Positions 27,396 through 39,159 of a stretch of 64,000 nt of DNA are shown one piece after another. Numbering within the stretch: the first letter of the stretch is position 1; each line of letters opens with the position of its first letter. The stretch covers positions 160,001 through 224,000 of the forward strand of contig CAXXVK010000067.1 of NCBI GenBank assembly GCA_963676915.2, in the 5' to 3' direction. Under the pieces are notes generated by a model. The model was given only the letters and a program-made list of their open reading frames with translations, made no database searches and was not told where the DNA came from. A program made the translations under genes and the position numbers. The DNA comes from Myxococcota bacterium (GTDB lineage: Bacteria; Myxococcota_A; SURF-8; G963663525).

Positions 27396-29756
27396 TCACG
27401 GAAGAGTAACGGAACAATCGGGGGGATTGGGAGCGGAAAGCTTCCAGCGACCTTTTACAGGGCGGATGAGGATCGAACCTTGCTCGTTGGTTTGCCAGAG
27501 ACAGACGGAAAGACTGCGTAGAGTTTCGTGGGTTGCTTGGGGGATTTTGTATTCGGGGGTGCTGTTCGAAATTACAGCAACATGTTTTGCACCGGTTCGT
27601 TCGATAATGGCGCGAAAAGTTGCGCTATGGACCGGTTGTGTCAGCACGACAATCTCGGCCCGCACATTATCGGGGAGATGTTGCCAAAAGCGAACGTCTG
27701 TTCTTTCTGGGTGCGGCACGAAAAGCAGACCGTTGGTTTTCAACCCGAAACGGATGAGTCCTAGCCGGAGAGGGGGCGAGTCCGTGGGGTAAAATTCCAC
27801 CTGCACGGTTGCTGGTGGCCACTTGGGAGTGATCTGCTGCCGACGGGTTTGTGTGCCTCCAAGGCTCAGAAATCCGGAGGGTATCTCTTCGAGCAGGGGT
27901 TCGGGGATGCCGTCCGGGGTTTGTGACAAAGAATACAGCCATCCGAGATTTCGAATTCCACGATGACGCAAGTAAGGGACGATCACACGCTCGTTTTCTT
28001 CCGTACTTGTTTCCACGAACAGCCAAGGAGGATCTTCGTGCCATTCTACAAAGACCGCCGCTCCGCTTCGCAAGTGCAGTAGGCGTAAGGAAGCAGAATC
28101 GGCACGGGGAAAACCGCGTCCCGAGGCAAGTCCCATCGTCAGGAAGGCTAAAGCGACAAAAGAGAGAACGGGACGCTGCAAAATGCTCCAAAACAGAAAA
28201 AGTACACCATACCAGAGGAAGACGAACCAATAAGGGATGGCCGGATGCCAACTGGAAGGCAGAACCTGCACCAGAGGTTCTTGCAACGTGATGGCTAGAC
28301 GAACGGCTTCCGCTCCGATTTCGATCAGAGGAGCGGCGGTCGATCCGAACAGCATCCAGACGGTCAATCCAAGGGCGAACATTGGAAGCGCGGCCAGTGT
28401 GACCAGCGGTACGGCAATGAGGTTGGCGAGAACACCCACCAAGGGAATCATGCCGAAACGCCAGGCGATGATCGGCAAGGTAGCGAGAAAGCAGACGAAC
28501 GAACTGATCAAAATGGACAAAAAATACGTTCGAACGCGCAAAAGCAGTCGTTTGGCGGGAGAGTCTGTCGCCATGGGTAACGAGAGCGCATACAAGCGCC
28601 GAGGGATCATGGTCAAGATGGCCAGCACCGAAACGAAACTGAGTTGAAACGAGAGATCGAAAAGAGCCGAAGCGTCGAAAATCAGTATGATAAAAGCGGC
28701 GAGAAACAGGCTGTTTAGAGCATCCGAGCGACGAAGCAGAAGTTTCGAAAGCAGGTACGTGGTGACCATCACGCCCGCTCGTAATGTGGAAAGATGAAAC
28801 CCGGCCAACGCAGCGTAGGTCCACAAAATAGGCAAAGTTACTCCGGCTGAAAGACGGTCGGCTTCACAATACATCAGCAATCGAGGGGCGAAGCGTAAAG
28901 ATTGTCGAACCAGCAGAAAAACGAACAATGCAACAATACCCAGATGCAATCCGCTGATGGCCAGCAGGTGTGCGGTTCCTGCACGGGAAAACAGTTGCCT
29001 TACTTCCGGGTCGATGAATTTACGCATTCCGACCGTAAGAGCCAGAACCCAGCCGACATCTTCGGGAGCGAATCGTTTTTCGATGAATCGTGCAAATTCG
29101 CTGCGTCGCTGTGTAAGGAACGAGGAAAAAGGAGCCGGTTGGGTGGTATGCAGGGACCGAGCATCGCGAATATAAGCGGTAGCGAAAATGTCGCGTCGGC
29201 CAAGATAAGAGGCGTAGTCGAATGCTCCCGGATTTCCTTCGCTGCGAACCGGCCGCAGGCGGGCATCGAAGCGGATGCGTTCGCCTCCCTTTTGCTCGGG
29301 TCCGGGAGATGCGACATACAAAAGCAATTTCCCATTGCATGGCGTGGGTCGGTTGTCTGAGAGGAAGCAGGTTTCGACATCGACAAGAACGTGCCAGCTT
29401 TTCCGGGCTTTTTCAGGAGAGCCGTTAATGCGGCCTTCCAGTGTCAGATGATCCCCATGGGAATCGAGACAATGGATGTAATGGTTCTCTTGTGGTGGAA
29501 GATGATGCAGCAATCCCAGTTCGAAACCGAACGCGAAACCAAACAGAGCCAACCAACCGAGCGCGGCGATTGTGCGGCGTTTTCGCAGGCCGAACGGAAT
29601 GGCAAGAACCACCACCAACCCCAGGATTACCAGGGTTGGTGTGGAACTTTCGCAGCGGTCGCCTGCGACGATACCCGGGGCCATCGCCGAAACCAGTACG
29701 ACGAGCGGGCGACCCGATAGAGATTGAAAACGGTTATGCCACGAAGACAGCGGCAC
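27396..29756 (-). CDS. comEC: ComEC/Rec2 DNA uptake competence protein
   Basis: DUF4131-type N-domain (NPGAFDY), AHLLAISGLHLG, LRAGVM, SFQLSF; degenerate C-terminal metallo-beta-lactamase-like region. Confidence 0.88.
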   Translation of the reverse strand: MPLSSWHNRFQSLSGRPLVVLVSAMAPGIVAGDRCESSTPTLVILGLVVVLAIPFGLRKRRTIAALGWLALFGFAFGFELGLLHHLPPQENHYIHCLDSHGDHLTLEGRINGSPEKARKSWHVLVDVETCFLSDNRPTPCNGKLLLYVASPGPEQKGGERIRFDARLRPVRSEGNPGAFDYASYLGRRDIFATAYIRDARSLHTTQPAPFSSFLTQRRSEFARFIEKRFAPEDVGWVLALTVGMRKFIDPEVRQLFSRAGTAHLLAISGLHLGIVALFVFLLVRQSLRFAPRLLMYCEADRLSAGVTLPILWTYAALAGFHLSTLRAGVMVTTYLLSKLLLRRSDALNSLFLAAFIILIFDASALFDLSFQLSFVSVLAILTMIPRRLYALSLPMATDSPAKRLLLRVRTYFLSILISSFVCFLATLPIIAWRFGMIPLVGVLANLIAVPLVTLAALPMFALGLTVWMLFGSTAAPLIEIGAEAVRLAITLQEPLVQVLPSSWHPAIPYWFVFLWYGVLFLFWSILQRPVLSFVALAFLTMGLASGRGFPRADSASLRLLHLRSGAAVFVEWHEDPPWLFVETSTEENERVIVPYLRHRGIRNLGWLYSLSQTPDGIPEPLLEEIPSGFLSLGGTQTRRQQITPKWPPATVQVEFYPTDSPPLRLGLIRFGLKTNGLLFVPHPERTDVRFWQHLPDNVRAEIVVLTQPVHSATFRAIIERTGAKHVAVISNSTPEYKIPQATHETLRSLSVCLWQTNEQGSILIRPVKGRWKLSAPNPPDCSVTLP

Positions 29757-29759
29757 GGC

Positions 29760-32700
29760 TTAGCAAGCTTTGCGTTTTCTCAGTACAAAGAATCCAAGAC
29801 CAACAAGCCAAAGCAGTATCCATCCCGCATGTGAGGGATTTGAAGCGCTCTGACATCCTCCAGCGGCACCGGAGGAAGGTTCGTCCTGGTCGGCGGAAGG
29901 AGGCTCCCACTTATCGCTTTCGCCGATGACGGGGGCGTCGTATTCCGTCGCGGTTTCGAAGTCGCTGTCCAGGTCGATTTCTTCTTCGGCCAATTCTTCA
30001 ACTTCTGCAGCGCTGTCTTCAAGCTCGGCGAGATCCTCTTCGGGTTCGTCAAGGTCGTTTTCTTTCTCGATTTCTTCGTTATCGAAGTCGATATCGTCGA
30101 TTTCTTCTTCCTCGATGTCGATTTCGTCCTCATCGCCATCGATTTCTTCTTCCTCGACCTGGCATTCCTCGCGAGTGACGGATAGCACGTATCCTCCGAT
30201 TTCACGGCGGGAACAGGCCGTGGATGATTTGGAGTCGACGACGAGCAGCAGGTTTTCTTCGGTGTACGGTCCTTCGATACGGAAAGATTCGGTGCTGTTG
30301 AGTACCCCATCGGAGTGGTATGGCTCGATGCAATCCGCTTCACAGGTTTCTGCGATAGCGTACAGCGCTAGATCGTTGGCCGAGTCCACCAAAAGACGGA
30401 CGTCGTAACAATACCCACTCTCCAACGGCAAACGATAGAACACATCGTTTCCGGCTGTGGAACTTCGAGCACAGGGAACGTTGACTTCGATGTTGTTGGT
30501 ATTATTGCATAAATGGCTGTCTTTCTGGAACGTTTGCGTAGCGTCATCGAAAATGACCAATGAGGGCGAGCTGCAGAGGTTTCCTGCAGAAGCCGCAATG
30601 CAGGTGCCGTTGTAACAGATCTTGCTCCCGGAAAGTTCCGGCTCGTCGCAGGGTTGACCGTTGGCTTTACTTTCTACAACACAGCCTGAAGACAGATCGC
30701 AATAGTAATTTGTCGTGCAGGGGTCGTCGTCCCGGCAGGCTTCGTCGTCGGGAACGTGCGTGACTTCTTCCAGATCCTCGTTGCATTCGTCGATCGTACA
30801 AGAGATACCGTCGGATACTTCTGGTGCAGGTTCGTGCAGGCAGCCTGTATCCGGGTTGCAGGTGTCCACTCCCGTACACCACAGCCCGTCGCTGCAACGA
30901 GCGTCGTCCGGTTCGTGCAGTACTGTGCCGAGGGTGTCGTCACATGAATCGATGGTGCAATAAATCTGGTCCGTGACTACGGGAACATCGATGTATTTTA
31001 CGCAGCCTCGACCATCGGCGTCTGCGGAATCGAAATCACAGATCTCCAGTCCATTGCAATAGAGTCCGTCATCGCACCATTCATCAACGGGTAAATGCCG
31101 GAAGTGGGGAGATTCCGGGAAGCAACTGTCGTCGGTACAGGCGATACCGTCGTTTTCTACCGGTGGACGTCCCTGAACGCAGCCGGTGGCTAAAGCATTT
31201 TCGTTTGTCGGATCGCAGGTTTCCTGTCCGTCGCAATAGTTACGGTTATCGCAATAATCGTCGCGTGGAGTATTTAGAACGACATTGTTCGCTTCATCAC
31301 ATACATCATCCGTGCAGTCGAAACCATCATCCACTTGAGGAACGGTGCCGACCTGACATCCCAACAACTCGTCACAGTATTCGCTACCATCGCAAAATTG
31401 TCCGTTATTGCACACCGCGTGGTCCAGAATTCGACGGATTTCGTAGCCGGTTTCCGACGTGTCGGAGCGTACACAGATGTCCAATGTACAGTCTATGCCG
31501 TCATCGATGTCGTCGGGAGGGTCTATATTCAGGATGCAACCCGATTCCTCGTCATAATTTTCGGGGTCGAACTCATTGCTTTCGGGATAACTTGGGTCAC
31601 ATAGTTCACTGCCGTTGCAGGCGTTGTCATCGTCGCAATTGTCTTGATCATAAGGGACGTGAACCAGAACGTCGTTTTCTTCGTCGCAACTATCCCGTGT
31701 GCAGGACAATTCATCGTCGACAAAATCGCCTTCAAAGGCGATGCAACCGGCCGCATTGGCGAATTGGTCGGTTGGATCACAGATTTCCGGGCCATCGCAG
31801 AAGATTCCGTTGGAACAGTTTTCATCATTGTTGGAATGAAGAATCTGTCGGTCTTCCTCGACGCAGAAATCTTCCGTGCAATCCCATCCGTCGCTCATGT
31901 CCAGGGGGATTCCCGGCGTGCATCCCGCATCGTTGGCTTCTTCGGCTTCCGGGTCGCAGATTTCCGATCCGTTGCAGAACAGACCATCCTGGCAGGTTCG
32001 TGAGTCCGCTTCGTGTGTGATGATCTTGGCCGTTTCTTTACATGCGTCATACGTGCAGGAAAATCCGTCATCCAACTGTTGCGGGGGACCATCGATGCAG
32101 CCCAGAGAATCGTGACCATCTGCGTCCGGGTTGCAGCGCTCGTAGCCGTTGCAGAATACACCGTCGTAATTGATGCAATAAGTGTTGTTGGGTAAATGAA
32201 CGACTTGCCCGTCTTCGTCCGGGGTTTCCACTCGGAGGTCGAACGTACAGGAAAATCCGTCGGAAAGCGTTGGTGGGGTATTGTTTTGGCACCCTGTCGT
32301 TGCACTGCAGGTTTCGACTCCGTTGGAATAGATTCCATCGTCGCAGATCGAGTCGTCCGGTTCGTGCTGACAGCCGTACCGTATATCGCAGCTGTCGATT
32401 GTGCAACGCTTGCCATCGTCGCAGGACAACGGATTGCCTGCTATGCAACCGTTTTCATCGGCGAATGGGCTGTCTTTGTTACAGCTTTCCGTTCCGTTGC
32501 ATGGGTCATTGTCATCGCAGGTCCAGCGCGAACCGCTGACGCAGGACTCCTCCATTGCAAGTATCATTGAGAGTGCAAGGGTCGTCGTCGCTGCAACCGG
32601 GATTTCCCGGTGTAGCTTCCCCTCCCGAGCAAAGACCGAGACGGCAGGTTTCTCGGTAGGTACAGACATTGCTGTCGTCGCAGGCTTTTTCACAGTACTT

Positions 32701-35596
32701 GTTTCCTGCAATGCTTTTACAGTATTCATCGTCTCCGCAGTCCTCATCGGAATTGCAGGAGGGGGCGGATGTGCCGGAAGGGGCGGAGCTTCCCCGACAC
32801 ATTCCATCGATGCATTTGGTGTTTACCGTGCACGGGTTGTTGTCGTCGCAAACGGTATCGTTGGCCATGGCTGCTCCCGTGCATTCTCCTGCGTCGCAGG
32901 CATCGCCGGATGTGCAGGGATCGCCATCGTCGCAGGTCGTTCCCGTCATCGCTGTGCCTGTGCATTCGCCTTCGGAACAACTATCGTCGGATGTGCAGGG
33001 GTTGCCGTCATCACAGGAAGGAGAGCCATCTATGGGAGGGAATTCACAGCCGGTTTCCGTGCAGGTGTCCTGAGTGCAGGGGTTGAAGTCGTTGCACGTT
33101 GTCCCGCAGGCTTCGTACAGGCAGTCGGAAGGACAGTTGAGGAACGTTTCGCCGGGATCGCAGGTCGCATTTCCGCAAGGTTGAGCGAACGTAAGATCCA
33201 TCACGAAAGATCCGGTGTTTTCAGTGCTGCGGCCATCGACGAGCAGGAAATACGTCGTTGCCGTTTCCGGGTCCAGCAATTGAGTCGAAAATCCCGAGGT
33301 GTGGCTTTGGTATTCGGCGTTTCCGCAAACCACTTCCGATCCGGGACAGTTTCCAGCCATCAGGTACAGTGCAGCGGGGAATCCGTCGAATGCGACTTCC
33401 ACGGTGGTCAGTGTATCGATTTCGAAGGTGTACGCCAGATCCGGGGCTTCGGAGCCGCAGGACCACGAAAAATCGTTTGTGGCGCGTGATGTCCAATCGA
33501 CGATGTGTTGTGTTCCCGGTTCGGCGGAAATTTCGAGTGCTCCACTACAACTATCCTGGGGTTGAGCGCAGCTTGGGCAGTCGGTTTCACACCAATAGCA
33601 ATTTTCCGTGGGATCGCAGGTTCCATCGCCGCAGTAGCTTTCTTCGTTGGTGCAATCCGTGGGGCAACTCCAGTGATCTTCTCCCGTTTCGCAAAACGAG
33701 TTTCCGCACTGGGTGGGAACGAGTGTCCGCATCATTCAGTGTTTGTACGAGAAAACCGCTGGAAAGGAATAGATTCGATTCGCCCTCGGACGGTGCAGCG
33801 GCGGCTGTTGCGTCGATGGTGAGTGTCCACGTTCCCGAAGCCCACAATTCTCCGTTGAATACCGATAGATCCGCAGCCACATGATGACCGTACGTAGCTT
33901 TCAGGTGATAGCCTTCTCCTGCGAGGGGATCGAGGGAAATCGACGTTCCCGTGGGAGATTGCAGCGTAATCGACAGATTTTCGGGATCGGTGTGAAGCAG
34001 TTCCAATTCGAAGCGAAGATTCTGAATTTTTTTCGTTTCATCGTTACTTAGAACATCCAATTCGACGATCAGGGCTTCATCCGTGGGAATCACGAGACCG
34101 TTTGGAGAATCGAAGTGCTCGAATTCCGTCCACTGGGTGTCGTTCCAATCCTGAAGCCAAAGGTTCGATTGACGCCGGGTCACGACACTCGACCGTGTAT
34201 CGTTTGTGGGGCGACCGCTCATGCGGAGAAACGACAAAAGAGACGTGGCGTCGCTCCAAGGTCCGCTGTCATCTCCGAGATACGCTGCCAGCGCTCCGGC
34301 TACGAATGCCGCCGCCTGGCTGGTTCCGGCGCGCATGACTTCCGGGTCGGTGGTGACGATGGCACCGGGTGCCCAGAGGTCGATCATGTTGCAGGCATTC
34401 GAGAACCCGCCGATATCTCCGACATCGAAATTGTTGTCCGTGTAGCTGGAGAAAAATCCGAACGATGGTCCTTTGAAATCGTAGGTTGCGCCAACGGCTA
34501 CCGAACGTCGGGAGCAGGCCGGATAGGAAACCTGTGAAATGTCGGCCTGATTGCCGCTGGGTGTGACAACGGTAATGCCTTCATCGAACAGCGTTTGATC
34601 GATCAGGCTGGGAAGCGTCTGGTTTTCGCAGTATCCCGGATGAAAGCCGGATTCGTTGGAAGCTGCAAGCAGTACAATGCTGACATTGAGGTCTTCCTCG
34701 ACTTTACGTCGCAAAACGTCGTTGAGGGCGATCTCGGGGGAGAAATCCCGGACGCTGTCCGTTTCGAAAATATCGTACGCGATGATTTCGGCTTCGGGAG
34801 CCATGTTGTGAACGATACCCGCCGTGCTGGTACCGTGCAGCAAGTTGTCCAACTGCCCGTCGGTGGCGGCTGTTTCATTCACATCCAGGACGGCGCAATT
34901 GCCGGTCGGCTTGCCGAATTCGTTCGATTCCTCGCAATTGAACGGGGCTTTTGTGAAATCCAGCCCGGTATCCAGTACGGCTACGACCATACCCGCGCCG
35001 CTGTGTTGCAAGGGTTGCTCTGGATCGGTTTCGACACCTTGGAAACGGGGCCAGTCGATGGCTTCGGAGCTTTCCGCCCAAGCAGGAGACAGATGGTAAG
35101 GAAGGTAAATTCCTTTGATTTCTGAAAAGTTCGCGGCCTGAACGAGAGCGAATGCAGAACCTTCAATCGCCAGCGCATCCAGATAAGGAAGAGAGTGGAC
35201 GGTACGGATCCCCAATGTTTCCAGTTCAGGAATAAGCAACTTTTGTGTTTGTTGCATGGCTTGCCGACGCATCACACGAGCGGCTTGACGTGCTTTGATA
35301 TCGTTTGGCGCAGTTTTGGACGATTTGGAAAGCCGGAAAGCGGTCAACGTTGATTGAGTCGTCAGGTTGACGGGGCGTTCGAGGACGATCACAGCCCTTT
35401 GGTTCTCGAAAGGATTTTCAAGTGCAGCTTTTTTAAGCTTTTCTCCCAGTTTGACGAAAACGAGATCGTGCGTTGCGGGATCGCTCTGGAGGGTTTCGGG
35501 CGGAGCGTCGGCAAAGGTACTCCAAGGTGCAAAGCTTAATACCGAAGCTGCGACAACGATTGCAACAATCGGAATCCATTGGGAATGCCTGATCAT
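29760..35596 (-). CDS. Large secreted S8 (subtilisin-like) protease with P-domain, Cys-rich repeats, acidic stalk and MYXO-CTERM-type anchor (two frameshifts)
   Basis: Signal peptide; triad VAVLDTG / HGTSTAG / GTSQAA; P-domain (LLHTDPENLSITLQSPTG...GTWTL); CDDGxxCT repeats; GGCQSA...WILLWLVGLGFFVLRKRK. Joined from ORFs 33587..35707, 32512..33735 and 29760..32807. Confidence 0.8.
30600..33110 (-). repeat. Cys/Asp-rich protein repeats (C.DG.FCNG.E.CDP...GC...DDG..CT.D.C.E)
   Basis: About a dozen ~55-60 aa units plus shorter CDDGNPCT units in the translation. Confidence 0.85.
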
Positions 35597-35840
35597 ATTG
35601 AATTCTCCCACTACCCTTCGCAACGACGAACGGTTCAACGATCTGAGGAGTCCGGTTTTCCTTAAAACGTCTCCACCACCTATGGGATTGGACGTAGAAA
35701 GCACCATCGATTTTCCGCTCGAACAGACGGAATGGAACCTTTTTACCGGAAATGTGTTCCTTTTTCATTATAATTTACTCCAATGTCGTACAATGGTCAA
35801 AGGACGTTCAATAAGAAACGAAATCGAAGCGGGAATTCGT

Positions 35841-37310
35841 ATGCAACCGATCAATCATGTGGAACTTGAAGCCGTCATTTCGGAGTTGAAACAACTGGCA
35901 GGCTCCATGTTGCAAGGCGTTCGTCAACCCGAAGCCAACGTCTTGATTCTTGAATTTCACCACCCGGAGCACGGTTCGAAAAAACTGCTGGTCAATGCCG
36001 ACGATGATCGCAGCCGCCTGCATCTGGTTGAAAGACACCCTCGTTCTCCCGCTACTCCTTATGGTTTCTGTCAGTTGTTGCGCAATCGCTTGTTGCCATC
36101 GCGCCTTGTCGATATTGAGCAGGTGCCGAACGATCGAGTGGTGATCCTGACGGTACAGGTTCGGCAAGAGGACGGTTTGCAGACATTTCGGCTGGTAGCC
36201 GAACTGACGGCTCGTCACGCGAATCTCTTGTTGCTGGACGAACGGGATACGATTCATGGCTTGTTACGAGGCAATCGCTCGCGGAAAAGGCGTTTGACTC
36301 CCGGCCAGACCTACGAGCCGGTTCAACCGTTTGTTCCTTCCAAAACCATTGTGGCGCGCTTTGCTCCCGGTGATACCACGTCTCCTTTTGCCTGGAATGA
36401 GACGGCTGATGTCTGGTTCGGTATGGCCGAGCGTCATGTGCGGCAGGAAAGAGAATGGAACCGGCTGAAGAGGTTGTGGAAAACGTCGGTCAAAAAGCTG
36501 GAACGCAGCAGGCTTGCGTTGGAAAAAGACCGGAATAAAGCTTTAAAAGATGCGAATAGGCGACGTGATGCCGACCTGATGCAGATCCACTTTCAGCGTT
36601 TGGTAAAAGGGCAGAAGCAGATCGAAGTGGATGATATCATTGAAAATTCCGGGAAGGTTACGATTGCGTTGGATACATCGCTCACACCTCGGGAAAATAT
36701 TGAGAAACTGTACCGAAAAGCCAAGAAAGCCGAGCGTGCAGGACCGTTGCTCGACCATCGGCAGAAAGAACTCGACGATCTGGAAGACCGTCTTTCCGGG
36801 ATCGGTGAGCTTTTCGACCTGACACCTGACCGGGAGATTCTCCAGCGCTTACGGTCTCTTTTGGAACCTTCACAGCCTGCAACGAAGGTGAAGAAGACAT
36901 CATCCGGAAAGGCGTTGCCTTTTAAAAGATTTCTTTCTGCGTCGGGACAGGAAATCTGGGTTGGTCGCAATGCCAAAGAAAACGACAGGCTCACCGTGCA
37001 AAGCAGCAAAGGGGATGATTTCTGGTACCACGCCAGGGGATGGGCCGGTTCCCACGTGTTGGTTCCCATGCGCCGAAACAAGGATCTCGATCCGCAGACA
37101 CACCTCGATGCCGCAACGCTTGCCGCTCATTACAGCAAGGCTCGTGGAGAGTCGGCGGAAGTGATGTATACCCGCGCTCGGTATGTTAGAAAAACAAAAG
37201 GTGCACCTGCAGGTGAAGTTTTTGTTTCAAAAAGCAAAACAATCTATATAATTCCTGAAAAAGAGCGTCTTAAACGATTAAAGCGGTCACGTATCGACGA
37301 AAACCATTGA
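35841..37310 (+). CDS. NFACT family protein (RqcH/FbpA, ribosome quality control)
   Basis: FCQLLRNRL, DRVV, ELTARHANLLL, IWVGRNAKEND, WYHARGWAGSHV, AAHYSKAR; likely ATG 35841. Confidence 0.9.
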   Translation: MQPINHVELEAVISELKQLAGSMLQGVRQPEANVLILEFHHPEHGSKKLLVNADDDRSRLHLVERHPRSPATPYGFCQLLRNRLLPSRLVDIEQVPNDRVVILTVQVRQEDGLQTFRLVAELTARHANLLLLDERDTIHGLLRGNRSRKRRLTPGQTYEPVQPFVPSKTIVARFAPGDTTSPFAWNETADVWFGMAERHVRQEREWNRLKRLWKTSVKKLERSRLALEKDRNKALKDANRRRDADLMQIHFQRLVKGQKQIEVDDIIENSGKVTIALDTSLTPRENIEKLYRKAKKAERAGPLLDHRQKELDDLEDRLSGIGELFDLTPDREILQRLRSLLEPSQPATKVKKTSSGKALPFKRFLSASGQEIWVGRNAKENDRLTVQSSKGDDFWYHARGWAGSHVLVPMRRNKDLDPQTHLDAATLAAHYSKARGESAEVMYTRARYVRKTKGAPAGEVFVSKSKTIYIIPEKERLKRLKRSRIDENH

Positions 37311-37466
37311 TTTGATTTCGAACGCACCATCTTGCAGGATGCGAAAAGGTGCGGACCGATAAGTGACTTTGGGGGTGGGGGGTAAAGGAACGACAGTCCT
37401 AACGTTGTGTTTTGCCTGCGTTTGTACATTCTTTTATTTGGAGGCTTAGTCCCAGGAGTATGTTTC

Positions 37467-37842
37467 ATGAAGTTAACTGCCCAGATTTCTTACGCTTTTG
37501 AAGCCCTGCTCGATATCGCTGAGCGTCATGGTGACCGAAAGCCCGTCAACTTGAAGGAAATTTCGAAGCGTCACAGTATTCCGGAAAAATACCTGCTGCA
37601 AGTGATGGTCAAGCTGAAAAAGAAGGTTTGGTCTATTCGCGTCGTGGATTGGGCGGCGGTTTCCGGCTGGCGGTCAATCCTGAAGAGATTTCCATGAAAG
37701 ACGTTGTGAAGATTCTGGGGCATTCCCGGAATAACGGAAATCACACCCAACCGAAACTCGACACCATTTGGAATCGGGCCAACGAAGCGTTTATCAAGAG
37801 TTGTCCAATTACAACCTGAGCAATCTTATCGACAAACGGTAG
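37467..37842 (+). CDS. Rrf2 family regulator without Fe-S cysteines (frameshifted)
   Basis: MKLTAQISYAFEALLDIA...IPEKYLLQVMVKLKK / VYSRRGLGGGFRLA..PEEISMKDVV; second shift gives ...NYNLSNLIDKR* at 37842. Confidence 0.8.
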
Positions 37843-37915
37843 GTTTTATCCTGTTTGTCGTTTGATGAATTCCCTGTGAATTCGTAGGGTTACCCGTATT
37901 TGTATCGGGGCTGGG

Positions 37916-38711
37916 TTATTGTGGGCTTATCGGTGGGGCGTGGCAACTTGATGGACAGTGGCAACAATTGCAACAACATATGCACGTCGAGCAATCCACA
38001 TTTCTGCAAGAATCGGGATAATCCCAATTATATGTAGGATTCGTTCCAGGGTAAATTCTATGGATCTTCGGCGGTGTTTCCTCCCCTGTAACCGACATCT
38101 GATCGGTTGTGGATACGCCGGTTGCGTTGGGGGAGGGCGGTGTGCCTCCGCCGGTGTCGATGCCGCCGATTCTCGCACCCGTTGCAGACTGCTGGCCATG
38201 GTGGCGTCTGCTAACGTAAGGGTCTGGTGAAGGGCGTCGAGTGGGTCGCCTTGTTGACGGCTTTCCTCTTTTTGGGCTGTTTCATTTTGTTTTTTGGAGG
38301 ATGTCTCTTCTGTTGCCGGTTCAGTTTCTATGAGAGGGCGAGAAAGTATCGCATAGGAAACCCGTGCCGTTTTTTCGAGGATGGCTTGATATTCCTCCAT
38401 ACATTGATCGTTTTTACAGTTTTTCAGCAAATTTCTGACGCGAATCAGCGCAAGTTTCAACTTTGTGAGTTTTTGCCACTCGTTTTTGTAGATTTTTTCT
38501 TTTTCGTCGTCTTTTTCTTCGGATAGCAGCTTTTGCAACTCGATGATCCGATCTTCCACGTCAAGCAGTTTGTGGTCGAGCGAGCTTTGCCATTCGGTTA
38601 CTGAGGATGGTTGTTTCTTTTCTCTTTTCTCTTCCGCAAAAACGTTCGGAACTACGCCACTAGCCATAATGTGATGGCTAACAGCCCGAATGATACGATT
38701 CGATTGCACAT
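37916..38711 (-). CDS. Secreted coiled-coil hypothetical protein, possibly ending in a Cys-rich tail (frameshifted)
   Basis: AGGAG RBS then MCNRIVSFGLLAITLWL.. signal peptide at 38711, main ORF 37927..38709, alternative C-terminal frame 37916..38098. Confidence 0.5.
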
Positions 38712-38916
38712 CGTGACGCTCTCCTGTTTTCGATAAACCTTCCCCTCCGAAAATCCGGTGAATTTTCGCCCGATGATGCTGTGCGTATGTTCCGAAGGTC
38801 GTTTCCTCTGGTCATTGCGCCGATGATTCTCCGACGCATTGCCTTCCTGATATATTGGTGGGAAGGATGGGAAAAGCGGATGAAAATAACTGGGCCACTA
38901 TTCAAGAAGATGAAAA

Positions 38917-39122
38917 AACGCATGGAGCAGGATACAATCCCAATGCAATTGACTTAGAGCCTATTAGCGGGTGCCACGGTCTTCGATTTGAAGAATCGAT
39001 GGCCGTGCAACTTATTGGAATCTCACGGCCATTGCCCTGCGGGAAAAGACCGTGCCACCCACCTGAAAACAGTTTTTTCACTTAAGTCAACAGCATTGAG
39101 ATACAATCCTGCTCCATGCGTT
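38917..39122. repeat. 206-bp nested inverted repeat (MITE-like element or structured RNA)
   Basis: ~40-bp imperfect terminal IR (AACGCATGGAGCAGGAT... / ...ATCCTGCTCCATGCGTT, outer 17 bp perfect) enclosing two further stems. Confidence 0.8.
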
Positions 39123-39159
39123 AGCGACATAAGAGTAGCGATTTTCCCGCTTTCGAAAA

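Noticed and set aside
27667-28824. 385-aa alternate-frame ORF inside comEC, and similar long antisense ORFs such as 32401..33489
   Set aside because: No recognisable motifs; expected shadow ORFs in GC-rich coding DNA
35367-35840. 158-aa N-terminal extension of NFACT in the ORF track
   Set aside because: It overlaps the divergent S8 gene on the opposite strand; NFACT-like sequence begins at ATG 35841
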